Below are positions 9,079 through 19,186 of a stretch of DNA of 51,244 bases, piece after piece. A program made the position numbers and the translations under genes. Every line of letters begins with the position of its first letter. The stretch's first letter is position 1. A model generated the notes under the pieces. That model worked only from the letters and a program-made list of their open reading frames with translations. It had not been told where the DNA came from and made no database searches. The DNA is taken from NCBI GenBank assembly GCA_042577445.1, contig JBHPDX010000003.1, forward strand, positions 1 through 51,244, in the 5' to 3' direction. This stretch comes from Candidatus Margulisiibacteriota bacterium. GTDB taxonomy: Bacteria; Margulisbacteria; WOR-1; CAVSGV01; JBHPDX01.

Positions 9079-10092
9079 ATGAACGTCCGCAGGGAAATAG
9101 AAGAAAGAGAAAATAAGTTCCTCTCCCCCTACGCCGCAAAGCCCAAGAACTCTAAAGGGAGAACAAAGCCAGAAAAAGAAGATGAGATAAGGACATGCTT
9201 CCAGATCGACAGGGACAGGATACTGCACTGCAAAACTTTCCGGAGATTAAAACATAAAACTCAGGTCTTTTTGTCGCCGGTCGGGGATCATTTCCGCACC
9301 AGGCTGACACACACAATAGAAGTATCACAGATAGCCCGGACCATTGCCAAGAGCCTCAATCTAAATGAAGATCTAACGGAAGCGATCGCACTGGGGCACG
9401 ATCTCGGGCACACGCCTTTCGGGCATGCCGGAGAGGACGTCCTTGATAACATACTTAAAAGAATAGACGGGGCGCCCAAGAAACACTTTCAGCATAATGA
9501 GCAAAGCATAAGAGTTGCAGAGGTCCTGGAAAGAGGCGGTAAAGGATTAAATCTGACATGGGAAGTAATAGACGGCATACTGCATCACCCCCAAAAGGAT
9601 AATCAGCTTCCGGCAACCCTTGAAGGCCAGATCGTAAGATATTCCGATCACATAGCTTATATAAGGCATGATATCGAGGACGCGATACAAGCCGGCGTGA
9701 TCACCGAAAAAGACCTGCCGGAAAAATACATGAACGTATTGGGGAAGAACATTCTGGATGTAATTATTCCCAGCATCATAAAGAACAGCAAAGAAAAAAT
9801 TAAAATGGACAAGAAAGTGGAAGACGCGATGAACGGCCTTTATAACTTCCTATATAAGAAGGTCTACACGAGCCCGATCGCAAAAAGCGAAGAAGCTAAG
9901 ATACCATATCTATTAACCCAGCTGTTCAAATATTATCAGGATAATCCGGACAAGATCCCTGGATACAAAAAGTCATGGAAAGAGGCCGACATGATCCAGA
10001 ATATCATAGATTTTATCGCGGGCATGACGGACAGATACGCAACGGACAAGTTCACCGAGATATTCGTCCCCAATGAGTGGCATACAAGATAA
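9079..10092 (+). CDS. dgt: Deoxyguanosinetriphosphate triphosphohydrolase-like protein
   Basis: DRDRILH, FRRLKHKTQVF, RTRLTHTIEV, HDLGHTPFGHAGE, IAGMTD; SD GGAGG before ATG 9079. Confidence 0.93.
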   Translation: MNVRREIEERENKFLSPYAAKPKNSKGRTKPEKEDEIRTCFQIDRDRILHCKTFRRLKHKTQVFLSPVGDHFRTRLTHTIEVSQIARTIAKSLNLNEDLTEAIALGHDLGHTPFGHAGEDVLDNILKRIDGAPKKHFQHNEQSIRVAEVLERGGKGLNLTWEVIDGILHHPQKDNQLPATLEGQIVRYSDHIAYIRHDIEDAIQAGVITEKDLPEKYMNVLGKNILDVIIPSIIKNSKEKIKMDKKVEDAMNGLYNFLYKKVYTSPIAKSEEAKIPYLLTQLFKYYQDNPDKIPGYKKSWKEADMIQNIIDFIAGMTDRYATDKFTEIFVPNEWHTR

Positions 10093-10093
10093 T

Positions 10094-11875
10094 ATGATAC
10101 TGAACTCTTCAATAGATGAAATTAGAAGCAAAACCGACATCGTAAAAGTGATATCGGAATATGTTTCGTTAAAAAAAAGGGGCAAGAACTATCTCGGCCT
10201 CTGCCCTTTCCATTCTGAAAAGACCCCGTCTTTCACGGTGAGCCCCGAAAAAGGCATTTGTCACTGCTTCGGATGCGGTGAAGGCGGGAATGTTTTCGCA
10301 TTTCTCATGAAGATAGAGAATATCAGCTTTGCCGAATCGGTAGAAATGCTGGGCGAAAAGCTGGGGATCGCGGTCAAGAAAAATATAGACACCGGCAAGA
10401 CCGCGCTAAAAGATAAATATATGGAGATAATGGACCTTGCCCTTAAGTTTTACAAGAAAAAACTGGATGAAGAGGGGCAGGCCGCATTGGATTACCTGAA
10501 AAAAAGAGGGATATCAAAAGAAACAGCGGACAGGTTCATGCTAGGATATGCCCCTGCCCGCTGGGAAGCTTTATATGAATTCCTTTTTAAAAAAGGCGTT
10601 TCTCAAAAAGATATGCTGACCGTCGGCCTTACCATGGAAAGGAAGGACGGGACCGGTTATTACGACAGGTTCAGAAATCGGCTGCTCTTCCCTATTTTTA
10701 ACATGAGAAGCAAGGCGATCGGCTTCAGCGGAAGGACATTGAGCAGTGAAGAAGGGGCTAAATACATCAACTCTCCTGATTCACCGATATACAATAAAGG
10801 ATATACCCTCTACGGTATCAACCTGGCGAAAGATGCCATAAAAAAAGAGGAATTCGCGATCATGGTAGAGGGCAACGTAGACCTTCTGACCTGCCATCAA
10901 TCCGGCATAAGGAACGCTGTAGCTCCGCTCGGCACGGCATTTACCAGCCATCAGGCAAAAATGCTGAACAGGTTCACCAAGAATGTGATAATAGTTTTCG
11001 ATAAAGACTCGGCGGGTTCCGCAGCCACAGCCAGAAGCGCACATATACTACGGGAGAACGATATCAGCGTGTTCATAGCGTCGCTTTCCGGCGGAAAGGA
11101 CCCTGATGAAGCAATAAGAAAAAGCGGCACCGAAGCATTCATCGAGGACCTGAAGAACGCCAAGCCATGGATGGAATATTACATTGAAATGATACTTCAA
11201 AAACACAACATGAAGCTGGTTGAGGAAAAAACAAAGGCAGTAAAAGAACTGGCAAAAGTGCTCGCCGCCGAAAAAGACCCTTTAACCCAAGAAGAATACA
11301 TAAAACTTATTTCAAAAAAAACACACATGGACCCGGCCACAATAGAGTCGGAAGTAAAAAGGCAGGGCTTCTACTTAAGTAAGCCAAGCTCCGGATCTTC
11401 CACATCAAAGCGTACGGTAGAAAAACCGAGCTCCAAAATGCTCAAGGCAGAGGAAACTCTCATCAGGCTTGCAATGGACGACACATCCCTGCTGGAAAAA
11501 TTCAAAGAACTGATCAATTGGAAGGAGTTCATACTTCCGTCTCACAGACTGGTGGCGGAAATGCTGCAAACCATTGACATGGGATCATCAAAAGAGGCCC
11601 TGTCGCACTCCATAATAGAAAATCTACCCGGAGATGAAGAAAAAAAACTTCTCACCCGCATCCTGGTGCAAGAAATACCTTCCGGCAACCGAGAAAAGAT
11701 GTTGGAGGACTGCGCCAATACCATAAAAGCCCACCACCTCAGGTCGAAGCTGGAGGGCTTAAGAGTTGAAATCGGTAATGCTGAAAAAATAAATGACTTT
11801 GAAAAAGTTACCGAACTGCATAAGCAGTTCAACGAATTCAGTCGGCTTTACAGAGAGCTGGGAAAAGCAATATAA
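10094..11875 (+). CDS. dnaG: DNA primase
   Basis: CPFH..CFGC zinc finger, DRFRNRLLFPI, KYINSPDS, TOPRIM EG..D and FDKD, KDPD. Confidence 0.96.
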   Translation: MILNSSIDEIRSKTDIVKVISEYVSLKKRGKNYLGLCPFHSEKTPSFTVSPEKGICHCFGCGEGGNVFAFLMKIENISFAESVEMLGEKLGIAVKKNIDTGKTALKDKYMEIMDLALKFYKKKLDEEGQAALDYLKKRGISKETADRFMLGYAPARWEALYEFLFKKGVSQKDMLTVGLTMERKDGTGYYDRFRNRLLFPIFNMRSKAIGFSGRTLSSEEGAKYINSPDSPIYNKGYTLYGINLAKDAIKKEEFAIMVEGNVDLLTCHQSGIRNAVAPLGTAFTSHQAKMLNRFTKNVIIVFDKDSAGSAATARSAHILRENDISVFIASLSGGKDPDEAIRKSGTEAFIEDLKNAKPWMEYYIEMILQKHNMKLVEEKTKAVKELAKVLAAEKDPLTQEEYIKLISKKTHMDPATIESEVKRQGFYLSKPSSGSSTSKRTVEKPSSKMLKAEETLIRLAMDDTSLLEKFKELINWKEFILPSHRLVAEMLQTIDMGSSKEALSHSIIENLPGDEEKKLLTRILVQEIPSGNREKMLEDCANTIKAHHLRSKLEGLRVEIGNAEKINDFEKVTELHKQFNEFSRLYRELGKAI

Positions 11876-11933
11876 GATGAAATTATTAAGTATTTAGGTC
11901 GATATATAAACGAATCATAAAGGAGGGATTGTT

Positions 11934-12986
11934 TTGGTAAGTAAACGGCAAGCATATAATAATCTGAAGACAATGGCGGAAAAAAAGGGGTATTTAACGC
12001 CCCAACAGATCCTTTCCATCTATCCGCGGCCGGAAAAGAACATAAACGAAATCGAGGCACTGCTCGCGCGGGGCACAGTGATAACGGAAGAAAAAGAAAA
12101 GAAAGTGAAAGTGTCAAAGCGGGCGGGCGCCAACGGCGCCGAAGAGGTGCGGGGCGCGGGTGTTGATGATACCGTTAGAATGTACCTTCGGGAAATAGGT
12201 AAATATCCCTTGCTGAAACCGAATGAAGAAATTGACTGCGCGAAGAAGATCCGGCAGGGAAGCGCAAAGGCAAAACACAAGCTTGTTAATTCCAACTTAA
12301 GGCTTGTGGTATCTATTGCCAAAAAGTACACCGGACGGGGAATGCTCTTTCTGGACCTTATCCAGGAAGGCAATCTCGGGCTTATCCGTGCAGTTGAAAA
12401 GTTCGATCACAGGAAAGGCTACAAATTCTCGACCTATGCCACATGGTGGGTGCGTCAGGCGATAACCAGGTCAATTGCCGACCAGGCGCGGACGATCCGA
12501 ATACCGGTGCACATGGTCGAAACTATCAACCGCATGCGAAAGATCTCGAGGACCCTCCTTCAAAAGCTCGGCAGAAAGCCGACGGAGGAAGAGATCGCAA
12601 GGAGAGCAAGAACGTCGGTAAGCAAGGTCCGGGAGATCATAAAGGTCTCTCAGATACCGCTGTCGCTTGAGATGCCGGTCGGAGATGAGGATTCATCGCG
12701 CCTTGGCGACTTTGTTGAGGACGGCGGAGTTCAGGCTCCCGATGAAGTGGTCATGCATGGACTGCTTCGCGAAGACCTGGAAGAGGTCATGGAGTCGCTT
12801 ACAGACCGTGAAAAGACGGTGCTCAAGCTGCGATTCGGCCTGGATGACGGTCAGCCGCGAACACTTGAAGAAGTGGGTAAGGTTTACAACGTTACCAGGG
12901 AGCGAATACGACAGATCGAAGCAAAGGCTCTGCGTAAGCTGAAGCATCCTACGAGAAGCAAGAAGCTGAAAGAGTACTTGAAGTAA
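11934..12986 (+). CDS. rpoD: Primary sigma factor RpoD/SigA
   Basis: [67 protein letters not shown]; follows dnaG. Confidence 0.97.
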   Translation: MVSKRQAYNNLKTMAEKKGYLTPQQILSIYPRPEKNINEIEALLARGTVITEEKEKKVKVSKRAGANGAEEVRGAGVDDTVRMYLREIGKYPLLKPNEEIDCAKKIRQGSAKAKHKLVNSNLRLVVSIAKKYTGRGMLFLDLIQEGNLGLIRAVEKFDHRKGYKFSTYATWWVRQAITRSIADQARTIRIPVHMVETINRMRKISRTLLQKLGRKPTEEEIARRARTSVSKVREIIKVSQIPLSLEMPVGDEDSSRLGDFVEDGGVQAPDEVVMHGLLREDLEEVMESLTDREKTVLKLRFGLDDGQPRTLEEVGKVYNVTRERIRQIEAKALRKLKHPTRSKKLKEYLK

Positions 12987-13008
12987 ATAGCGGTTTATTT
13001 GGATCTAA

Positions 13009-13047
13009 AAGCTGGCTTTCCTTTACTGGGAAGCCAGCTTATTTTTT
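13009..13047. terminator. Bidirectional intrinsic terminator between rpoD and the convergent orphan
   Basis: AAGCTGGCTTTCC-TTTACT-GGGAAGCCAGCTT with flanking A and T runs. Confidence 0.75.
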
Positions 13048-14172
13048 ATCTCGGGGGGGGTAATACTGATGTATCTTGATCCTCCAATATTTCCACACCC
13101 ACTCTCTCACACCCCTAAACGTCATAATATCTATATCGCGTATCCTCTTCAAAACTCTTCTGATCTTATTGATATCCTTTATCTTCAAGGATTCGAACGC
13201 CTTTTGGTTATTCCTTTTGTAAAATGAGATCATAATGTCGGACAATTCTTTATAATTGGCTTTATCCGCTACTTCGGCCAATTTCCATGGAGGCAACCCG
13301 TCGATAAGCAATTCGTATCCTGCATTATCAAGCTCCGGAAACATCTCCAAACATCTGCCTGCATTCACGGTAAGCAGGAACTTTGCAATAGAGGCCGGAT
13401 AAGTGCCCCGCGCAGCGCCAAATAATTGAATAGCATCATTCACACTTATCATTCTGAGCAGTTCATAAGTATTGACCATGCTTAATGAGAAGAACAAGTT
13501 AAACCGATTGATAAGTTTCAAGTCTTTAAAGAAATCTCCGCGCTGGTCCATGTTCATGGACTCATAGAAATCGTTGCAGTATCCGTTGTTACCGCTCTTA
13601 AATAAAGCAAGAAAAAGCGCAACATGCCCCCTGCGATCGGAAGTTGTAATTAATACTCTTCGCCCGTCAGCATCCAACGACCTATATAAGGACAAGCGTC
13701 CGCTATGATAAATAGAATGGAACATGTTGTCCCGGCCTGCCTGCGATAACCCAATGAACAAAGCCGCTCTTTCCTTGGTCTTTAATGCCCAAAATACTGC
13801 AAGTCTATCCTTATCGGTCAACCTTCCCCAGGCCCTCTCAAACTCCCACCCTTTTTTTACTGCAATAAAACAGTTAATAGAAGCAATTCTATTATCAGCA
13901 TTAAATAATATTTTCTTGATCCGGAGGGCTATTGGCGCTATTTGTTTACCTGTTAATCCCTTTTCCTCTAAAATGCTAACACTGTTTCTTACAGAAGGGT
14001 TCTCATGATATATGCGTTTAAGCTCTTCAATATCCACTCTTCCCGTAAGAGCGGTGACCACCCTGCGGTCCTTGGCGATATTTGGGCCAAGCACCTCAGC
14101 CACACCTTTATTATGGCCGAAGATCAGCCTGTGCGGAATATTGGCTTTTATTGCTGACATGAAATTACTCAT
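13039..14172 (-). CDS. Orphan protein with ~12-aa helical repeats (MgtE-N-like solenoid)
   Basis: 377-aa ORF with periodic L-x4-R-x2-(L/V/F)-F units (LTDKDRLAVFWA/LKTKERAALFIG/LSQAGRDNMFHS); no signal peptide. Confidence 0.7.
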   Translation of the reverse strand: MSNFMSAIKANIPHRLIFGHNKGVAEVLGPNIAKDRRVVTALTGRVDIEELKRIYHENPSVRNSVSILEEKGLTGKQIAPIALRIKKILFNADNRIASINCFIAVKKGWEFERAWGRLTDKDRLAVFWALKTKERAALFIGLSQAGRDNMFHSIYHSGRLSLYRSLDADGRRVLITTSDRRGHVALFLALFKSGNNGYCNDFYESMNMDQRGDFFKDLKLINRFNLFFSLSMVNTYELLRMISVNDAIQLFGAARGTYPASIAKFLLTVNAGRCLEMFPELDNAGYELLIDGLPPWKLAEVADKANYKELSDIMISFYKRNNQKAFESLKIKDINKIRRVLKRIRDIDIMTFRGVREWVWKYWRIKIHQYYPPRDKK

Positions 14173-14182
14173 AGTTAACTGT

Positions 14183-14210
14183 ATTTCGGCATTTTTGGAT
14201 GATAATTTCA
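14183..14210 (-). promoter_or_regulatory. sigma28/FliA-like promoter motif (copy 1)
   Basis: Minus strand TGAAA-N15-GCCGAAAT, ending 10 nt before ATG 14172. Confidence 0.6.
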
Positions 14211-14233
14211 GTAAATATGAGGCAGAATGAGGG

Positions 14234-15070
14234 TTATTTTCTCAGGTTTCTCTGGGTAAAGATGCTGTCCGGAAGATCCAGGCCGAATTGGACCTCATCT
14301 ATGATCATTTCCGTCAGGGAATCCTTGCGAAGAAGGTTACTCATCGTGAAATAAACAGGGTAATACCTTTTGCCATATAATTTGATATTACTTAGGGTCA
14401 TGAGCTTAAGCTTCTTTCCGGACTTGGCGAAAAGTTCTTCTTTAACCGGCACAAATGTTCCTTTATCGACCCATATCTTTCTTTTATAATATGTGACTTC
14501 TTTTACTTTGGCTACAAGCTCGATCACATAGCAGTCATACTTGGTCTTGACCGTTTTCCTGCCTTCCGGATGGGTCAATGTGATCGTTTCTTCGCCAACC
14601 AGCTTTGCATTATACTTTTTATCAAGTTCAGAGCTTTCCAGGGCATCTTCGTAGCTGAAATCAGAACCCATCATGGACTGGCGCAACATATGGCCTGCAA
14701 TCTTAATGATCTTTTCGACCGAGGGCATGTATATCCACATATTATCGTCGATCTTAAGGTATTTAACTCCTTCATCCCGAGCTGGATATGTGAATTCAGA
14801 ATAAGACTTATCGCGCCCTTTTGAATAAGATATCATCTTTTTTGTCCTTATATCGTCTCTCACATGAATAACCATTCTGCTTTCCATTTTGGCGGAATCA
14901 TACGTCATGTTATCATCGATCTTATCAAGTATCTGCTGGCCCGTCATTGCAAAAGCAAAGTTAAAAAGTAAAAAGTTAAAACCACAGATCAAAAGCAAAA
15001 GACATATGATATATGCGAAGTACGCCTTAGTTTTGACCTTTTCCCTTTGATTTTTGAGTTTCTTGATCAT
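14234..15070 (-). CDS. Outer-membrane lipoprotein-sorting (LolA-like) protein
   Basis: Hydrophobic N-terminal signal, F.YPAR..G.KYL, WIYMPS, SMMGSDFSYED; last gene of the ABC operon. Confidence 0.85.
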   Translation of the reverse strand: MIKKLKNQREKVKTKAYFAYIICLLLLICGFNFLLFNFAFAMTGQQILDKIDDNMTYDSAKMESRMVIHVRDDIRTKKMISYSKGRDKSYSEFTYPARDEGVKYLKIDDNMWIYMPSVEKIIKIAGHMLRQSMMGSDFSYEDALESSELDKKYNAKLVGEETITLTHPEGRKTVKTKYDCYVIELVAKVKEVTYYKRKIWVDKGTFVPVKEELFAKSGKKLKLMTLSNIKLYGKRYYPVYFTMSNLLRKDSLTEMIIDEVQFGLDLPDSIFTQRNLRK

Positions 15071-16302
15071 ATTGTCCTTAATGCATCAGTTGGTTCCATT
15101 TTTGATGCCCTGATCGCCGGCGGGATTGCAGCCACGACCGAAAATAAAATACCCATGCAAAAACCAAAGAAGATTATCCCCCAGCTGAATACGGCACGGT
15201 ATACATAAGATAGTGGCAGATTGATCGTGCCCATCTGCTCGAATGTCGCCGTAAAATCAATACCCTCAACTGCAAGATAATAAGCTACACCTGAGCCCCA
15301 GACCGCGCCGATAAAACTAGCAATGGTCCCGATAAGCAGGGCTTCGAACAGGACCACTCCCATAACCTGACGGTCCTTCATGCCCAATGCTTTCATCATG
15401 CCGATCTCTTTGGTCCGCTCCAGTACCGCCATGTACATTGTGTTCAATATAGTAAAGCTGGCAAGAAAAAGGACCAAGAAATATATGCCGCCATAAACAT
15501 TTTTTGCGATCGTCATATAGAAATACAAGATGCCTTCATCCAGCCAGGCCCTGGCTATATATTGATCCGGATAAGCCTGCTCCAACCCTGTTTGGATCTC
15601 TTTAGCCACTCTCGAGGCCATACTCTTATTCTTAACAAAAACAAATATCTCGGTCACCCTGCCATCCAGATCAAGCAGCTGCTGCGCCTTATCCAAGGGC
15701 ATATAAAAAGTCGTCTTGTCAACGCTCTGAACTCCATAGCTATAGATCCCGACTATTTTCAGGTTCATGGCAGTGATCGAACCATACGCGGTCTGGGTCA
15801 CAACTGTCAGTGTGTCGCCAAGTTTAAGCCCCAGATCCCGGGCCATCTGGACGCCGATATTCATCTCTTCACGTCCCGCTTTTATCATCCTTCCTTCAAC
15901 GATCTTCTGATCAAGGTGGGAGATCTTGCTTTCGCTCTCTGGAACTATACCAACACCGAACACCGGTTTATTATTCCCTTTGTATTCCAGCAGAACGCCG
16001 AATTTTATCCTGCCCACGGTCAGCGTTACGTTCGGATCCTTTGCAGCCACTTTCTCTACATCTTTATAATCCGCAATATTGGCCTCCAGGGGCAGCATTC
16101 TTTCGCGCTTAACATACTCTTTATTGAGAATGCGGACATGACCGTAGTTCAAACGGATCACGTTATCGAACATATCATCCATGACCCCTGTTATAAGGGA
16201 CCAGAGATAGACCGCTATCATTACCGCGACAGCTATCGACAGCCCGGTCAAAACTGAACGGCGCTTATTGCGAAAAATATTCCTTAAAGCGATCTTGAAC
16301 AT
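15067..16302 (-). CDS. LolC/E-FtsX family ABC permease
   Basis: ALRNIFRNKRRS, periplasmic domain, ILNTMYMAVLERTKEIGMMKALG, PTDALR. Confidence 0.92.
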   Translation of the reverse strand: MFKIALRNIFRNKRRSVLTGLSIAVAVMIAVYLWSLITGVMDDMFDNVIRLNYGHVRILNKEYVKRERMLPLEANIADYKDVEKVAAKDPNVTLTVGRIKFGVLLEYKGNNKPVFGVGIVPESESKISHLDQKIVEGRMIKAGREEMNIGVQMARDLGLKLGDTLTVVTQTAYGSITAMNLKIVGIYSYGVQSVDKTTFYMPLDKAQQLLDLDGRVTEIFVFVKNKSMASRVAKEIQTGLEQAYPDQYIARAWLDEGILYFYMTIAKNVYGGIYFLVLFLASFTILNTMYMAVLERTKEIGMMKALGMKDRQVMGVVLFEALLIGTIASFIGAVWGSGVAYYLAVEGIDFTATFEQMGTINLPLSYVYRAVFSWGIIFFGFCMGILFSVVAAIPPAIRASKMEPTDALRTI

Positions 16303-17529
16303 TTATGCTTTCCTCAGTGCCTCGGTCGGCTCCATTTTTGCGGCCACTCGGGCCGGATATATACTGGTCAGGGCGGATATCACGATACCGGCGATAAAAG
16401 CGGTCACGATCATGCCCGGATTCCAGACACCGCGCATTACACCTGTAACTCTGTAACCGATATCGCCTATATCTCTCATCAAATAACCCCAGTTGATCCC
16501 ATATTTAACATAAAATATATTTAATATTATACCGATCAAACAACCTGTGATGCTCCCCAGGACACCGATCATAGCCCCTTCCATCACAAAAAGCTTGATG
16601 ATCTGTCTGCGCCTCATGCCCATTGCCGCCATCATGCCGATCTCCCGCGTCCGCTCGAACGCCGCCAAAAGGATAGTGTTGCTGATGCCGATCAAAGCAA
16701 TAACGAAAATGCTGAACAATATAAATGAAGTCCCTCCGCGTTTTGCCTGGGCAATGGCGATCACGTCCGCTGCAAGGTCCTTCCAGGTGGCAACTTCAAG
16801 ACCGGGAACCTCACCCGCCAGCCTGTCACGGAATGCCTGGACCATGGCAGGATCTTTAAGTTTAATATCTATTTCGGTTACACCCTTACCCATATCCAAT
16901 GACTCCTGCCCAAGTCCTAGCGGTATTACAACTGCGGCCCAATCGATCTTGGGATCTTCGGTCCTGAGTATGCCTTTAATGCGCAGGTCGATAGCCTGAT
17001 ATGTATCATATTTGGTCCGTGTAAGTATGGTCATATAATCCCCCACATCCACCCCAAAATCATCTGCCAGTCCTTCTCCCAGGAGCATGGCCTCTTCATT
17101 GCCTTTTAAGAACTCGCCTTTATGCAGGGCTTGTTGTAAAAGAAAAACAGACTGGTCATCATTTGGATTGACCGCTATCCCCACGGCCGCATATTGGTCA
17201 ATACCATCCGAGAGCATGACGCGGAAATTAATTCGTGAAGTTACGCCGGCAACATCCGGATCCATTGCGACTTTCTTAATGATGGAAGCCGGATCATCGA
17301 TCGATTTGTCCAGAGGGAGATTCTCTTCGTCTTCGCGATAGTCCCGGTCAAATATCTTGATATGGCCTGTCTCGTAATTAATGATCCTATCAAATGAATC
17401 CTGGTCAATGCCGGTAAGCATCGAGTCCACTATAATGAGCAACGCCAGTCCCAGGGCGATCGCCAGGAATGTCAGGAAAGTCCTGGTAAAATGCCTGAAT
17501 ATATTCCTAAATGCCAGCCGAATATACAA
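16303..17529 (-). CDS. LolC/E-FtsX family ABC permease
   Basis: AFRNIFRH..RT, NTILLAAFERTREIGMMAAMG, EPTEALR. Confidence 0.92.
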   Translation of the reverse strand: MYIRLAFRNIFRHFTRTFLTFLAIALGLALLIIVDSMLTGIDQDSFDRIINYETGHIKIFDRDYREDEENLPLDKSIDDPASIIKKVAMDPDVAGVTSRINFRVMLSDGIDQYAAVGIAVNPNDDQSVFLLQQALHKGEFLKGNEEAMLLGEGLADDFGVDVGDYMTILTRTKYDTYQAIDLRIKGILRTEDPKIDWAAVVIPLGLGQESLDMGKGVTEIDIKLKDPAMVQAFRDRLAGEVPGLEVATWKDLAADVIAIAQAKRGGTSFILFSIFVIALIGISNTILLAAFERTREIGMMAAMGMRRRQIIKLFVMEGAMIGVLGSITGCLIGIILNIFYVKYGINWGYLMRDIGDIGYRVTGVMRGVWNPGMIVTAFIAGIVISALTSIYPARVAAKMEPTEALRKA

Positions 17530-17532
17530 TTA

Positions 17533-18219
17533 TTAATCCCTCTCGTCTGATTGTATTTGACCGTCATGTACCTTGACCAAACGACGAGCATAATCCATGA
17601 CCATCGGATCATGGGTTGAGAAAATAAATGTGGTCTTGGTCTTCTTGTTTATCTTCTCCATCAATTTAAGGATATCTTCGCCTGTTTTTGAGTCAAGATT
17701 TGCTGTTGGCTCGTCGGCAAGAACGACTTTTGGACCTTTAACAAGAGCCCTGGCTATTGCGACCCTTTGCTGCTGGCCTCCGCTTATCTCGCCAGGCTTT
17801 CTACCTGCAAGATCATCTATAGCGACATCTTTAAGCGCTTTCATGACAAGCTCTTTTCTTTCTTTTTGATCATGCTTCTTAAGAAGGATCAGGGGAAATT
17901 CAACGTTCTCGAATGCAGTGAAAACCGGGATAAGATTAAAGGTCTGGAAAACAAAGCCAAGATTAAAATTTCTGACATCGGCAAGCTGATTTGGGGACAT
18001 TTTGGAGATATCTGAGTCGCCGACAAATACTCTCCCTGATGTTGGCCTATCCAGACAGCCGAAGAGGTTAAGCATTGTGGTTTTCCCTGAACCGGAAGGG
18101 CCTGCTATTGAGAGGAAATCCCCTTCTTCAACTGAAAGCGTTACACCTCGTAGAGCCGGAACCTCGATCTTTCCAACTTTGTAGATTTTGGTAGCTTTTT
18201 CCATGCGGACAATAGGCAT
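17533..18219 (-). CDS. LolD-like ABC ATP-binding protein
   Basis: GPSGSGKT, ISGGQQQRVAIARAL, LADEPTANLD, STHD. Confidence 0.95.
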   Translation of the reverse strand: MPIVRMEKATKIYKVGKIEVPALRGVTLSVEEGDFLSIAGPSGSGKTTMLNLFGCLDRPTSGRVFVGDSDISKMSPNQLADVRNFNLGFVFQTFNLIPVFTAFENVEFPLILLKKHDQKERKELVMKALKDVAIDDLAGRKPGEISGGQQQRVAIARALVKGPKVVLADEPTANLDSKTGEDILKLMEKINKKTKTTFIFSTHDPMVMDYARRLVKVHDGQIQSDERD

Positions 18220-18254
18220 TATTTATTCCCCCTTTAATCGGTTCACACAGAAGA

Positions 18255-18330
18255 TGGTAGCCCCAACGGGATTCGAACCCGTGCTGCCGGCTTGAAAAGC
18301 CGGTGTCCTAGGCCTCTAGACGATGGGGCC
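18255..18330 (-). tRNA. tRNA-Glu(TTC)
   Basis: GGCCCCATCGTCTAGAGGCCTAGGAC..CCGGC-TTTTCAA-GCCGG..TTCGAAT..ACCA. Confidence 0.96.
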
Positions 18331-18410
18331 ATATCGCATTCAGATTATCAAAATACTGGGTTATTTTCAATAAAAACTTGCCAGCCGTAGTCCTGGTTAT
18401 GGACAAAGGC

Positions 18411-18487
18411 TGGTCGGAGCGGCGGGATTCGAACCCACGGCCTCCTGCTCCCGAAGCAGGCGCTCTACCAAGCTGAGCCACGCTCCG
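18411..18487 (-). tRNA. tRNA-Pro(CGG)
   Basis: CGGAGCG..CCTGC-TTCGGGA-GCAGG..TTCGAAT..CGCTCCGACCA. Confidence 0.96.
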
Positions 18488-18507
18488 CTCTGCACTCCAA
18501 ATAAAAA

Positions 18508-18579
18508 TGGGCCCAGTAGGATTCGAACCTACAACCAATCGGTTATGAGCCGATTGCTCTACCATTGAGCTATGGGCCC
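18508..18579 (-). tRNA. tRNA with CAT anticodon, probably tRNA-Ile2 (lysidine type)
   Basis: GGGCCCATAGCTCAATGGTAGAGC..ATCGG-CTCATAA-CCGAT; paired 1:72 and no GGG/CCC anticodon stem, so not the initiator; Ile2 versus elongator Met is an inference. Confidence 0.85.
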
Positions 18580-18583
18580 TCGC

Positions 18584-18751
18584 TTATTTGTCCTCAGGCC
18601 ACTGTTCCATATCCGGACCGAATTTCTTCTTCTTTTCAAGCAGTTTTGACCGGAACTTACTCACGCTTTCGGAAAGATTGGAAAGCGTACCTGTAAATTC
18701 CTCAACTTTTTTGAGCAAAGTATCAACATCGTTCAGGTTTTCTTCTCCCAT
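18584..18751 (-). CDS. 55-aa small helical hypothetical protein (below the ORF track cutoff)
   Basis: MGEENLNDVDTLLKKVEEFTGTLSNLSESVSKFRSKLLEKKKKFGPDMEQWPEDK; SD-like GGCGGTGA upstream. Confidence 0.7.
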   Translation of the reverse strand: MGEENLNDVDTLLKKVEEFTGTLSNLSESVSKFRSKLLEKKKKFGPDMEQWPEDK

Positions 18752-18877
18752 ATACAATCACCGCCTAAATATGACAGGGCTTGATTATAGCAAAAATACT
18801 TTTTAAATCCAACTTCGAGTTATCCGCTTGAAGAATGGCGATTTTATAGGTAAAATCAGGGAGTTTTTCACTGCAAT

Positions 18878-18952
18878 GGGCGGTTATTTCAGCGGTAGAA
18901 GGCTTCCCTTACAAGGAAGAGGTCACTGGTTCGAATCCAGTACCGCCCACCA
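18878..18952 (+). tRNA. tRNA-Val(TAC)
   Basis: GGGCGGT..CTTCC-CTTACAA-GGAAG..TTCGAAT..ACCGCCCACCA. Confidence 0.95.
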
Positions 18953-18964
18953 TATACCCATCAA

Positions 18965-19171
18965 CTAAGGCCTGTTCTTGAACAATTGGATCCCAAGTTT
19001 AATGCCTATGATCACAAGAACAATTGATATAACTATTATATAGTCTTTTACAAAGTTTGGAAAATAAGCTCCAATTATCACGCCTATAAGAAGGGCTCCT
19101 GTTTTTAAGAATTGCGCGTCCATAAAGTTCATATGCTTTAAATTATTCTCAAGCCATTTGATCAGGTACAT
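18965..19171 (-). CDS. Small two-TM membrane protein
   Basis: 68 aa, two hydrophobic helices, SD GGAGGTG, directly downstream of the Na/Pi gene. Confidence 0.75.
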   Translation of the reverse strand: MYLIKWLENNLKHMNFMDAQFLKTGALLIGVIIGAYFPNFVKDYIIVISIVLVIIGIKLGIQLFKNRP

Positions 19172-19186
19172 ATTTCCACCTCCGAG

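Noticed and set aside
15562-16257. 231-aa plus-strand ORF (also 34053..34772 and many shorter shadow ORFs)
   Set aside because: They are antisense or off-frame to well-supported genes, with no recognisable motifs.
18308-18565. 85-aa ORF
   Set aside because: It reads through three tRNA genes.
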